DNA of 64,000 nucleotides, taken from contig CAVSGI010000027.1 in assembly GCA_963727445.1 (NCBI GenBank), positions 96,001-160,000 on the forward strand, written 5' to 3'. This stretch comes from an uncultured delta proteobacterium (GTDB lineage Bacteria; Myxococcota_A; Polyangia; Polyangiales; B10-G4). The position numbers and the translations under genes were made by a program. The notes beneath the pieces were generated by a model that had not been told where the DNA came from, made no database searches, and worked only from the letters and a program-made list of their open reading frames with translations. Positions 28,514 through 38,231 of this stretch are shown here, piece by piece (position 1 is the first letter of the stretch; every line of letters begins with the position of its first letter).

Positions 28514-28705
28514 TCAGGCGGCCTTTTCGACCTTGCCCGAGCGGATGCAGCGGGTGCAGGCCTTGATGCGCTTCACCTTGCCGTCGATTTTGGCGCGGAC
28601 GGACTGAAGGTTGGGCTCCTGCCACTTGCGCGTCTTGATGTTGGAGTGGCTGACCTTGTGAGCCTTCTGCCGGCTCTTGCCACACAGGTCGCAGCGATAT
28701 GCCAT
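28514..28705 (-). CDS. rpmB: 50S ribosomal protein L28 (Zn-binding Cys form)
   Basis: [10 protein letters not shown]...[17 protein letters not shown]...CTRCIRSG, 63 aa. Confidence 0.95.
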   Translation of the reverse strand: MAYRCDLCGKSRQKAHKVSHSNIKTRKWQEPNLQSVRAKIDGKVKRIKACTRCIRSGKVEKAA

Positions 28706-28767
28706 GATTTTCCTCGCCCCACGATGGGGGTCGTGCGTGTAGCACTGCCCGCCAGGGACCGCAAGAC

Positions 28768-31700
28768 GTGGCCGAAAACGAGGAAAATCCAGGAGGGGAT
28801 GCCCCCTCCCCCCAGCCCTCGCCCCCCTCCCGTCGGCCCCCCCCGATACTGGTGCTGGGCTGGCTGCTCGCCGGCATCGGGTTCCTGCTCCTCGCCTACG
28901 CCCTGAGAGGCGACGGGAGCCCGGGCGGTCCGGACGGCGGCGTTCAGCATCCGGACGCCGCGCGGGTCCCGACCGGCACCGCCCGCCTGGTGGTGACTGT
29001 GGAGGACGATTCGGGTGAGACCCTCGAAGGGGCGACGGTGACCCTCGAGATGCGCTTCGATGATGGGGCACCCCTCGTGCGGGAGGTTCGCACCGACGCC
29101 CACGGCCTCACCGAGCTCCGGGGCCTGCCAGAAGGAGACGCCGACGTCTTCGCGATCGCCCCCGGCCGGGCCCGCGGCCACATCCGCGTGAGGGTGCAGG
29201 GGCGCGAGGCGCGCGCCCAGCTCTCCCTGGTGGAAGGCCAGACCGTTCGCGGCGAGGTGGTGGACGAGGTCGGCGAGCCGGTGACTCAGGCGGCGATCGA
29301 GGCGACCTCGGTGGCCGACGAGACCGCGCCTCCCTGGAAAGCCCTGACCGACGACCAGGGTGTGTTCGTTCTCGACCATCTGCAGAAAGGGGCCCAGCGC
29401 ATCCTCGTCCGGGCCGAGGGGTACGACGAGATCGCCCGACGGGTCGCGCCCTTCGAGGTCGAGGCCCGGGACGGCGAAGAGCCGCCAACGCTGCGCATCG
29501 TCCTTCACCACACCGGCATGATCTCGGGTCACGTCACGGGCAGCGACGGCGGGCCCGGCGACCGCACGCGCATCGTGCTGGTGGGGAGCGGGGTCTGGCC
29601 CGCGCGCAGCGCCGAAGCCGACAGCGAGGGCCACTACCAGTTCGAAGGGGTGCCCGAAGGGATCTACGAGATCAGCGCGCGGCGGGACACCGAGGTCGCG
29701 GCGCCACGGGAGGGGTTGATCCTCGAGCCCGGCGAATCCCTCGAGGTGGATCTCGCGCTCGAGCCGGGCCTCGCGCTCAGCGGCGTCCTTCTCTCCGCCG
29801 AGGACGCGACGCCCATCGCTGGCGCCGATGTCGTCATCGGCGAGCAGACGCTCTCGTTCACGCCCCGCGCCACCACCACCGACGAGGAGGGGCGCTTCTC
29901 CTTCGAGGGCCTCCGGGCCATGACGCATCGCCTCGACATCCACGCCCCAGGCTGGGTCTCGATGGGCAACCACACGGCGGAGCCCGGCGGCGAGCCCCTG
30001 CGGATCCTCCTCGCCAAAGAAGCGATCGTGTCAGGTGTGGTCGTCGACGCCCTGGATCATCCGGTCGCCGGCGCCGAGATCGAGCTGGTCGGCACCGCCG
30101 ACGACGGAACGCCGGTGGCCCTGAGCGGCGCCGACGCGAGCTTCCAGGCGGCGCTGATCGCGGCCCAGGTGCGAGGACCCACGCCGGTGGACCCCGCCGG
30201 CGACCTCGGCGTGACCCTCGGCGCCGTGCCTCCGATCCCCATCGGCCCCGGTCTCGTCCCAGGAGGGCCGTCGCCGAGCGCCCTTTCCCCGGGCGAGACG
30301 ACGGAGGCTGGAGATACGGAGCCGGAGCCGCTCGCGGAAGATTCGGCCGCGCTCATGGGCTTCTCCACCGACGCCGAGGGGCGCTTCGAGATCCACGGCA
30401 TCCCCGCGGGTCGCTACCAGGTGGTGGGGCGCCACCCGGCCCACGCCCCGGGCATCGGCGAGCCTTTCGTGATCCACACGGGAGAGCATCGCGAGGACGA
30501 GCGCCTGGTCCTACCGGCCGGCGCGACCATCGACGGGCGTGTCGTGGACGGACGCGGCTTCCCCGTCGCCCAGGTGCGCGTGGAGATGCACTGCGAGCGC
30601 GAGCCCTTCCCGCGATGGGCGCTCTCGGCCGACGACGGCACCTTCGGCTTCGAGGGGGCCCTCGACACCTGCGTCTTCAGCGCCTATCCGGCGGCGCAGC
30701 CCGCGGCCCGCAAGACCCTCACCATCGAAGGCGGCGACGCGGTGCCCGTGGAGCTCGCGCTCAGCGACGAGGTCGACACCTTCCGAGGTCGCGTGATGGA
30801 CGAAGACGGCTTCCCCATCGCTGGCGCCCGGGTCAGCCTCCGCTCGCTGCGGCCCGACGCGCCCGCACGCCGCACCGCCTTCAGCAACGACGATGGCACC
30901 ATCGAGATCGGCGGCATGCCCGCGCCGCCCTGGCGCGCCGAGGTGGATCAGGAAGGCTACGCGCTCGAGGTCTTCCGGCGCATCGATGACGCCGAGGGCG
31001 AGCATCGGCTGACGCTTCATCCCGCCGCCACCGTCATCGGGCGCGTCGTCGACGGATGGGACGACACGCCGGTGATCGGTGCGAAGGTCTCGCTCCTTCG
31101 CGGCGGGACCACGGCCTTCGAAACCGTGAGCGACGATACGGGGACCTTCGAGATTCCCCGCGTAGCTGCCGGTGATTACACGGCTCTCGTCGAGGCCTCG
31201 GGGCTCTTGTCACATCGGGCGCCGGTCAGCCTTCGCGCGACGCGCCAGGGTCTCGAGGACCTCGACCTCGGCGACATCTCCCTCGAGGCCGGAGGCGGCA
31301 TCCAGGGGGTGGTGGTCGATGCGCTCTCGAGCCCCATCGGCGGCGCGCGGGTGGTGGCGGGGCCGGCGGGCGATCCCCTCGCCGAGGCGCGCAGTGACGA
31401 CGCTGGCGCCTTCGCCCTCGATGGCCTGCCCCCGGGCGACATTCCGGTCGTCGCCAGCCACCCCGGCGCCGGCACCTCGGAGCCGCTCACGGTGCGCGTG
31501 CGCGCTCGGGAGGTGATCCCTGGCGCGGTGCTCCGGCTCCCCGACCGCTTCGACGCCGAACGCGCCGAGAGCGCTGGGGGCGGACGCCGGACGGGGGTTC
31601 AGCTCGTCCTCGGACGCCGGGGGGGCTCCACGGTGATCCGTCGGGTGCCTGCGGATGGGGCGGCGGCGGCGGCGGGCCTCGCGCGCGGGGACGTGATCAC

Positions 31701-31845
31701 CAGCATCGACGACGAGGCCGTGACGTCGCCGTCGCAGGCAGATGTTCTGCTCCGAGGCCCTGCGGGGACCGAGGTCCTGGTGACCGTCGAGAGGCGCGGC
31801 CAGAGGTCGATCATCGCCGTCGAGCGCGAGAGCTACGAAGAGTGA
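28768..31845 (+). CDS. Membrane-anchored protein with multiple carboxypeptidase-regulatory-like repeats and C-terminal PDZ domain
   Basis: N-terminal TM; repeated G.VVD..G.PV.GA.V / TD..GRF...[20 protein letters not shown]...LRGPAGTEV. Confidence 0.85.
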   Translation: MAENEENPGGDAPSPQPSPPSRRPPPILVLGWLLAGIGFLLLAYALRGDGSPGGPDGGVQHPDAARVPTGTARLVVTVEDDSGETLEGATVTLEMRFDDGAPLVREVRTDAHGLTELRGLPEGDADVFAIAPGRARGHIRVRVQGREARAQLSLVEGQTVRGEVVDEVGEPVTQAAIEATSVADETAPPWKALTDDQGVFVLDHLQKGAQRILVRAEGYDEIARRVAPFEVEARDGEEPPTLRIVLHHTGMISGHVTGSDGGPGDRTRIVLVGSGVWPARSAEADSEGHYQFEGVPEGIYEISARRDTEVAAPREGLILEPGESLEVDLALEPGLALSGVLLSAEDATPIAGADVVIGEQTLSFTPRATTTDEEGRFSFEGLRAMTHRLDIHAPGWVSMGNHTAEPGGEPLRILLAKEAIVSGVVVDALDHPVAGAEIELVGTADDGTPVALSGADASFQAALIAAQVRGPTPVDPAGDLGVTLGAVPPIPIGPGLVPGGPSPSALSPGETTEAGDTEPEPLAEDSAALMGFSTDAEGRFEIHGIPAGRYQVVGRHPAHAPGIGEPFVIHTGEHREDERLVLPAGATIDGRVVDGRGFPVAQVRVEMHCEREPFPRWALSADDGTFGFEGALDTCVFSAYPAAQPAARKTLTIEGGDAVPVELALSDEVDTFRGRVMDEDGFPIAGARVSLRSLRPDAPARRTAFSNDDGTIEIGGMPAPPWRAEVDQEGYALEVFRRIDDAEGEHRLTLHPAATVIGRVVDGWDDTPVIGAKVSLLRGGTTAFETVSDDTGTFEIPRVAAGDYTALVEASGLLSHRAPVSLRATRQGLEDLDLGDISLEAGGGIQGVVVDALSSPIGGARVVAGPAGDPLAEARSDDAGAFALDGLPPGDIPVVASHPGAGTSEPLTVRVRAREVIPGAVLRLPDRFDAERAESAGGGRRTGVQLVLGRRGGSTVIRRVPADGAAAAAGLARGDVITSIDDEAVTSPSQADVLLRGPAGTEVLVTVERRGQRSIIAVERESYEE

Positions 31846-31854
31846 ACGCCCGGC

Positions 31855-33471
31855 TCAGGTCTTCCAGCGACTGCCGAAGGCCTTGAGCAGCCCGACGATC
31901 GCTTTGAGCCGCGCGACCACGCTACCGCCGCCGCGGATCACCGCCATGTTGCGGCCGATGGCGGCGAGCCCGTCGGTGTACGGGTGCCACCACATCTCCT
32001 TCTTGGCGCGGCTCCGATCGATGAGGATGGCGCGGGGCCGGGTGAGCGCGTCGAGGGCGTAGGGCGAGTTCGTCACGCCGAAGCCGCTCTGCCCGACGCC
32101 GGACCAGGGAAGCGCCGGCACCGCACCGGTGAAGCCGTGGTTGTTGACCATCACCACGCCGGCCTTGAGCTTCTTCGCCACCTCTTCGCCTTTGCGGATG
32201 TTCTTGGTCCAGACCGACGCCGTCAGGCCGAAGGGGCTGTCGTTGGCCGCGGCGATCGCAGCCGCCTCGTCCGCGACCTCCTCCACCGGCACCATCGGGC
32301 CGAAGGTCTCCTCCTGGATCGCGGGCTCGCTGCTTGGAACGTTGCTGAGCACCGTGGGCGAAAACCACAGCCCCGGCTTGTCCAGGCGCTCGCCGCCCGA
32401 CAGGACCTCGGCGCCCGCCTCCCTGGCAGATGCCACCTGACGCTCCACGATCGCGAGCTGCGAAGGATTGCAGAGCGGACCCACGTCGCGGCCGGGCACC
32501 AGCTCGGCGGCCAGCTCCGCGAGGCGCTTCTTGAGCGGCCCGGCGATCTTCGGCGTCGCGTAGACGCGCTCGATCGAGGCGCAGTTCTGCCCGGCGTTCA
32601 TGAACGCACCCCAGAGGATGCCGTTCGCCGTCCGCTCGATGTCCGCGTCGTCGAGGACCACCGCGGGATCCTTGCCGCCGAGCTCGAGGGACACCGGCAC
32701 CAGCGCGTCCGCCGCGGCGTGTGCCACCTTCTTCCCGGTCGCGACGCTCCCGGTGAAGATCACCGAATCGACGCCGGCACGGATCAGCGCGTCGCCCACG
32801 GCGCCGCCCCCCTGGGCGATGATCACCAGGTCGGCGCCATACACCTCGTCGATCGCCTCGCCGAGGATCGCCGCGCAGCGCGGCGTGTATTCGGAGGGCT
32901 TGAGGATGACGGCGTTGCCGGCGAGGAGCGCCGGGAAGAGCGTGCGCAGCGGGAGCGCGAGCGGGAAGTTCCAGGGCGTGATCAGCGCCACCACGCCGCG
33001 CGGCAGTCGCTCCACGATGGCGTGCTTGCCGGGATAGTTGATGGCGTCGAGGGTGGGCTCGCTGGGCGTCAGGAGCAGCGGGCCTTCGACGGACCAGTAA
33101 GCCGCGAGGTCGGCGGTGGGGACGATGTCGTGCAGCCACGCCTCGGGCTCGGGCTTGCCCGTCTCCTGCATGATCGCTTTGGTGAGCGCTTCGCCGCGGG
33201 CGAGGATGGCGTCCTTGAGCTTGCGCAACATGGCCGCGCGCTCCTCGACCGAGCGTGCGGCGTGGACCACCTGGGCCTTGCGCGCGCGCGCCACCAGCTC
33301 CGGCACGTTCGCCGGCGGAGTGATCTCCACCTCGTCGAGGGGCTCTCCGTCGCGGGGGCGAATGCCGCGGATCATCCCGTCCTGAATCAGCGGCTTCAGC
33401 TCCGCCTCCGCGGGCGGGGGCGGCAGGGGTTCTTCGGCGGGGGCGGAGGTTTCCGTGCTGGCTTCGGTCAC
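31855..33471 (-). CDS. Aldehyde dehydrogenase family protein
   Basis: ITPWNFP, KPSE, FTGS, ELGGKDP, NAGQNC, EETFGP; start uncertain. Confidence 0.92.
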   Translation of the reverse strand: MTEASTETSAPAEEPLPPPPAEAELKPLIQDGMIRGIRPRDGEPLDEVEITPPANVPELVARARKAQVVHAARSVEERAAMLRKLKDAILARGEALTKAIMQETGKPEPEAWLHDIVPTADLAAYWSVEGPLLLTPSEPTLDAINYPGKHAIVERLPRGVVALITPWNFPLALPLRTLFPALLAGNAVILKPSEYTPRCAAILGEAIDEVYGADLVIIAQGGGAVGDALIRAGVDSVIFTGSVATGKKVAHAAADALVPVSLELGGKDPAVVLDDADIERTANGILWGAFMNAGQNCASIERVYATPKIAGPLKKRLAELAAELVPGRDVGPLCNPSQLAIVERQVASAREAGAEVLSGGERLDKPGLWFSPTVLSNVPSSEPAIQEETFGPMVPVEEVADEAAAIAAANDSPFGLTASVWTKNIRKGEEVAKKLKAGVVMVNNHGFTGAVPALPWSGVGQSGFGVTNSPYALDALTRPRAILIDRSRAKKEMWWHPYTDGLAAIGRNMAVIRGGGSVVARLKAIVGLLKAFGSRWKT

Positions 33472-33570
33472 GGCGAGACGCTGGCGGAGGGGGGGCGCGA
33501 CGTCAAGGACCCCCAATCGGGGCGATTGACGTTCGCAGCCCCGCGCCTAATTGCAGCTCGGAGGGTATAG

Positions 33571-34017
33571 ATGCACACACTCGTCGCAGTGACCCAGCGC
33601 GCAAAGGCCCGCTTCCTACTTCAGGAGGCCGCCAGCGAGCCCCTTGTGGAAATCGCCAGCTTCGAGCACCCGGAGAGCCGGCTGGCAGGTCGCGACCTCA
33701 CCTCGGACCGACCAGGCCGCACCCACGACAGCGGCGGCGAGGGCCGACACGCCCTGGCGGTCGAGGAGACCCATAAGGAACGTGAAGCAGCCAACTTCGC
33801 CCGCACTCTCGCCGACGAGCTCAAGAGCCGCCGCAACGACGGCATCTTCAACCAGCTCGTGCTCGTGGCCGAGCCGGGCTTCTTGGGCCTGTTGCGCGAC
33901 GCGCTCGACAACCCGACGAAGAAGCTGGTGATCGGTGAGGTGAAGAAGAACCTCGCCGACCGGCGCCCCGAGGATCTGCTGCCGCACCTGGGTGAGCTGT
34001 TGATCCTGCCGAGCTGA
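33571..34017 (+). CDS. Host attachment protein family (baeRF12-like)
   Basis: VA...ARF, SDRPGR, FA..LA..L, LVLVAEPGFLGLLR..L, EVKKNL. Confidence 0.85.
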   Translation: MHTLVAVTQRAKARFLLQEAASEPLVEIASFEHPESRLAGRDLTSDRPGRTHDSGGEGRHALAVEETHKEREAANFARTLADELKSRRNDGIFNQLVLVAEPGFLGLLRDALDNPTKKLVIGEVKKNLADRRPEDLLPHLGELLILPS

Positions 34018-34030
34018 GCGGCACGCCCAC

Positions 34031-35500
34031 TCACCGCGCGACGAAGGTCTTGCCGCGCTTCACCACGCGACCGTCGGCCACCAGCTTGAGCAGGTGCGCT
34101 TCGGTAGCCATCGCGGCGATGGGATAGACCGCCGGCGGCGCGTCGTCGTAAGCGACGGGGACGATGTCGGCCGGCGCGGCGGGGCCGCCGTGGGCGGCGA
34201 GCGCGGCCATCACCTTGTCCTCCCGCATCAGGCGGTGGGCGATGTACTCCTCCGCCTTCGCCGCGCTGTCGCGGATCGGACCGCCGTGCGCCGGCAATAG
34301 GACGGTCGGCTCGCGGCGCGCGATGTCGCGAAGGGACGCGAGGTAGAGCGCCATGTCCCCGTCGTGCGGCTCGACCAGGATGGTGCCGATGCCCGCCACC
34401 ATGTCCCCGGCGATCATCGCGCCGCTCGGACGATGCACGAAGCAGAGATGACCCGGGGCGTGTCCCGGCGTGTGCACCGCCTCGATCACCAGGTCTTCGC
34501 CGAAGCAGAGCTCCTCTCCATCTGCGATCTCTCGCGCGAAGCCCACCTGCCCTTCGAGACGTCGGGCGGTGGCCTCGTGGGCCCAGAGCGGCAGACCCAG
34601 GCGCTCCTCCAGAGCGACGGCGCCGCCCACGTGATCGGGGTGGTGGTGGGTGGCGAGGATCGCGTGAAAGCGCACGCCCTGGGCGCGGCGGGCCTCGACG
34701 AAGCGGACGGCGCGGTCGATTTCTTCGGGGTATGGCGAGGCCGGCTCCACCAGGACCGCATCACGACCGCCGAGGACGTACGCGTTCGTATGCGTGGCCG
34801 GCGGAAGCGTCGGTGTGCGGAGGGCGAACATGGTCACGCCCGGCACCACCTCGTAGCTCTCGGTGAGCGTTCCATCCGCGCCGACGACGGCGCGCATCGC
34901 CGCCACGTCGAAGCCTCGTCGCGCATGATGGAGGACGGCCGCCATGGACGGCGGGACCAACACCTCGCCGCGCCCCCAGCGCGCGAGGGCCTCGGCCGCG
35001 GTCACCCACTCCGCGCGGGCCACCTCGGCGGGGTCGGGCCGAAGCGGCAGCGGCGCTCGCACCTCGAAGCCGAAGAAGGACGCGTCGAAGCGCTTCACTC
35101 GCACCCCTGCGTCCTCGTCGGGCGTCACCCACCGACCCACGTCGATGGCCGCGCTCGTCCGAAACGAGAGCCCCGCATCGCGAAAGCGCGCAGCGCCCTC
35201 TTCCGGATCCCGCCGGAACGCCTCGCGCAGCGCCTCGGCTTCGCCCTCCCCCAGCGTCTCGGCGCCGGTGGCGAGGAGCACGCCGACCTCCTCGAAGAGC
35301 TCGCGAAGCGCTGCGACCACCGCCGGCTCGCTCGGGGCGTCGCGCGGCAGCGTGTCGTCCACCGCCTCGACCACACCGCCGGGGAAGGCCTGGTAGCCGC
35401 CGAGGGTCACGCCTCGCGCCCGCGTCGTCCACAGAAGCTTCGGTGATTCGTCGCGGGTGAAGAGGATCGCCGAGCCCGCTCGCTTCGGCGCCGCCATCAA
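34031..35500 (-). CDS. NUDIX + LACTB2-like MBL-fold fusion protein
   Basis: FPGG...AALRELFEEVG Nudix box; TPTLPPATHTN, THHHPDH, HTPGH, GD, PAHG. Confidence 0.85.
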   Translation of the reverse strand: MMAAPKRAGSAILFTRDESPKLLWTTRARGVTLGGYQAFPGGVVEAVDDTLPRDAPSEPAVVAALRELFEEVGVLLATGAETLGEGEAEALREAFRRDPEEGAARFRDAGLSFRTSAAIDVGRWVTPDEDAGVRVKRFDASFFGFEVRAPLPLRPDPAEVARAEWVTAAEALARWGRGEVLVPPSMAAVLHHARRGFDVAAMRAVVGADGTLTESYEVVPGVTMFALRTPTLPPATHTNAYVLGGRDAVLVEPASPYPEEIDRAVRFVEARRAQGVRFHAILATHHHPDHVGGAVALEERLGLPLWAHEATARRLEGQVGFAREIADGEELCFGEDLVIEAVHTPGHAPGHLCFVHRPSGAMIAGDMVAGIGTILVEPHDGDMALYLASLRDIARREPTVLLPAHGGPIRDSAAKAEEYIAHRLMREDKVMAALAAHGGPAAPADIVPVAYDDAPPAVYPIAAMATEAHLLKLVADGRVVKRGKTFVAR

Positions 35501-36225
35501 TCCTCGCCGTCGAAGCGGGGCACGCGCGGAGCTTTGGGGATGTCGTGCTTCTCGATGGCGGCCGGCGGGATCGCGCCCGGGATCATGGAGGCGCGCCGGC
35601 CCGGGAGGATCGACGGTGAGCGCCCCTCCTGGGCCTTGCGGGGGTCGCCGACGAGCGCGAGGCAGCGCTTGATGATCAGCTTGAGCGTCTCGAAGACCCC
35701 GCCGCCGTGGAGCGCCGACGCTTCGATGTGGGGCACCTCCTCGGGCACGTGGAGCTGCTCGAGGAGATCCTTCACGGGAAGCGCATTGTCGAGGTCGCGC
35801 TTGTTGAACTGCACCACCAGCGGAATGCGGTCTGGGTCGTCTCCCTGCAGGCGCAGGTTGGCGTCGAGGTTCTTGATGCTCTCGAAGTTCTCGGATTGGC
35901 GGCCGTCCTGGGAGTCGACGACGAAGACCACGCCGTCGACGTGGCGCAACACGAGCTGCCGCGTCTCATCGTGCGCGATCTGGCCGGGGACGGTGCAGAG
36001 GTGGACCCGCACGCGATACCCCTTGAAGGCGCCGAGGTCGACCGGGAGCAGATCGAAGAAGAGCGTCCGCTCGGTCTCGGTCATCAGCGAGATGAGCTTG
36101 CCCCGATTCGAGGGCCGGGTGTGGCCGTGGATGTACTCCAGGTTGGTGGTCTTTCCCCCCAGACCCGCCCCGTAGTAGACGATCTTCAGGTGCACCTCGT
36201 GGCGCGCGTGATTGACCAAGGGCAT
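35497..36225 (-). CDS. MglA-like small Ras-family GTPase (paralog with C-terminal extension)
   Basis: KIVYYGAGLGGKTTNL, TETERTLFFD, TVPGQ, VFVVDS, NKRDL, EASA. Confidence 0.88.
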   Translation of the reverse strand: MPLVNHARHEVHLKIVYYGAGLGGKTTNLEYIHGHTRPSNRGKLISLMTETERTLFFDLLPVDLGAFKGYRVRVHLCTVPGQIAHDETRQLVLRHVDGVVFVVDSQDGRQSENFESIKNLDANLRLQGDDPDRIPLVVQFNKRDLDNALPVKDLLEQLHVPEEVPHIEASALHGGGVFETLKLIIKRCLALVGDPRKAQEGRSPSILPGRRASMIPGAIPPAAIEKHDIPKAPRVPRFDGED

Positions 36226-36359
36226 CCGTTCACGGTCCTACGCGGAGATGGCGCCCTGGTCAAAGCTCCTCTCCGAGGGGTGGCGAGCCAATCGCCGAGG
36301 GGGCGACCCGAGGCCCCCACAATTGCCTCCGCCGCTCGGGCGGCCCACAATCGGCCGCC

Positions 36360-36698
36360 GTGGGCGCCCTGGCCATCCTTCTGCTGACCCTGCTCTTTTC
36401 CTGCGGAGCGCCTGAAACCGACACCCGTCCCCCCACCCGTGCGGATTTCCGAGCGGTGCAGCTGGCCGAAGCACGGATCGTGGATGGGCTCGGCGCGTCT
36501 CGGAGCGAGGAGGTGCCGTGTCCGCGCCGCTGCGCGGGCGCCCAGGATGCATGCGAGGCAGAACGCACGATTTGCGGTCTCGCGCGTGAAACCGAAGACC
36601 TCGATCTGCGCGCCCGCTGCCGCACGGCGACCGACGAGTGCACAGAGGCGCGAGGCGTGAGCAGCCGGAGCTGCAGCTGCGAGGCCGCGTCGCCTTGA
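36360..36698 (+). CDS. Small Cys-rich lipoprotein
   Basis: LLFSC lipobox; 8 further Cys (C..RC...AC....IC...RC....EC...CSC). Confidence 0.65.
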   Translation: MGALAILLLTLLFSCGAPETDTRPPTRADFRAVQLAEARIVDGLGASRSEEVPCPRRCAGAQDACEAERTICGLARETEDLDLRARCRTATDECTEARGVSSRSCSCEAASP

Positions 36699-37801
36699 CC
36701 GACGAACAGGTCTTCGAAGGACACGCGCCCTCGATGTTGGACCGGCGCTTCGTGGCCGACCTCCTCCTGCCCTTCCTCGTGGCCGGCCTCACCTGGGCGG
36801 TGGTCGCACGCGACGCGGGACACGAAGCAATCGACCCCGCCGCCCTGATCCTCACGGTGCTCGCGCTCCTCGCCGCGACCCAGGCCCTCTTCGGCGTCCC
36901 CCGGATCGCACACAGGCTCGCGCTCTCGCTACGCGCCAGACGCTGCCGGCTCACGCTGGGACCGGAGGTGCTGCGACTCGCGCTCGCGGGCGAGGTGATC
37001 GAAGTGCCTCGCGACGCCATCTGGGGCGTCGCCGAGCGCGGCCATTGGGGCACGCGCGCCGGGGGCCGGCGCTTCTCGCCCGTCTACGTCGTCACCGACC
37101 CCGCCGCGGCCGGCCGAACCCATCTCACGCTGCCGCCGGTCTTCGGCGAATCCCCCGGCCAGATCGCAGAGACGCTGATGCGCTGGCGAGGCCCGTTGGC
37201 TGCGGGACCCGCCGAGGCGGCGCCCCCCGCCGCGCTGAAGAGCCGCATCTACGATGACGCCGCGAGCGGCGCCCAAGAGCCAGGCACCATCGCCGTCCGC
37301 CATGGACGCGGTTGGCTCGCGCGCGGCCCCTACATGACGGCGCTGCTCGGCTTGGCCCTGGTGTTCCGGTGGATCCACTTCGACGAGATGACGGCGTGGC
37401 TCATCGGGCCCGAGATGGTCTACATCCTGCTATTCGCCACGCTGATGGTGCCCGTGGTGTGGATCGTCCTGACGCTTCGGGAGCTCCGGCCGCGAAAAGG
37501 GCTCGCCTTCGTCCTCACGCCCACCGCGCTCTTGATCCGCACCCGCCGCGGTGTGCTCGAGACGCCGCTTCGCGCGCTGGGCGCGCCGACCATCGACGTG
37601 CGCCGGGCCTGGTCGGTGACCGATGGCCTCCACGCCGAGCGGACCCTGATCCTGCCCCGCAAGGACGAGCCTCCGATCCGCTACGAGGAGGCCTTCCTCG
37701 GCGTGCCCGCCGAGGTGGCCCTCACCCTCTTCACGACGAAGAAGCGCTTCGCGCCGAACGCGACGCCAGCACCCGAGGCAGCTTCCGAAGACCGCGATTG
37801 A
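36695..37801 (+). CDS. Hypothetical membrane protein (two TM-hairpin + PH-like modules)
   Basis: Two hydrophobic pairs each followed by beta-rich segments; TTG start overlaps upstream TGA. Confidence 0.55.
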   Translation: MTDEQVFEGHAPSMLDRRFVADLLLPFLVAGLTWAVVARDAGHEAIDPAALILTVLALLAATQALFGVPRIAHRLALSLRARRCRLTLGPEVLRLALAGEVIEVPRDAIWGVAERGHWGTRAGGRRFSPVYVVTDPAAAGRTHLTLPPVFGESPGQIAETLMRWRGPLAAGPAEAAPPAALKSRIYDDAASGAQEPGTIAVRHGRGWLARGPYMTALLGLALVFRWIHFDEMTAWLIGPEMVYILLFATLMVPVVWIVLTLRELRPRKGLAFVLTPTALLIRTRRGVLETPLRALGAPTIDVRRAWSVTDGLHAERTLILPRKDEPPIRYEEAFLGVPAEVALTLFTTKKRFAPNATPAPEAASEDRD

Positions 37802-38183
37802 TGCTGGGGCGCAGCAACGCGGCGATGGTCTGGGCGTAGCCGGGCACGCCGCTGCCGATGCTGATGGTCCAGTGCAGCTCGCTCTGTCCTTCACCCAGCG
37901 CCACGATCCGAACTTCGGCCTGGTGATGACGAATGGGCAGACCACCGACGATCCGGTAGACGTAGCGGTGGGGCGGATCACAGGCGATGATCTCCTCGTC
38001 GATGCTGATCGGGCCGATGTGGATGCGGCGGACGGTGCCGAGCCCTCCGTCGCCCTTTCCAGCGATGACGCTGACCCTGGTGTCGAGCCAATCGCCCATC
38101 GATTCGTGGTCGATCAGCGCCGACCACAGCTGCTCGGCGGACACGTCGTACTTGGCGAGGAAGCTCAGCGTTCTTAGTGACAT
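37731..38183 (-). CDS. SRPBCC (polyketide cyclase/START-like) family protein
   Basis: SAEQLWSALID, GTVRRI, IDEEIIACDPPHRYVYRI. Confidence 0.8.
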   Translation of the reverse strand: MSLRTLSFLAKYDVSAEQLWSALIDHESMGDWLDTRVSVIAGKGDGGLGTVRRIHIGPISIDEEIIACDPPHRYVYRIVGGLPIRHHQAEVRIVALGEGQSELHWTISIGSGVPGYAQTIAALLRPSINRGLRKLPRVLASRSARSASSS

Positions 38184-38231
38184 GGGATCCGATGTTCGCG
38201 AGTGCCCGAGGTGCGAGCGCCAGGTGCGGCA

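Noticed and set aside
37731..37801. 71-bp overlap of convergent genes as an antisense regulatory feature
   Set aside because: Short 3' overlaps are common in high-GC genomes and both tails are low-complexity
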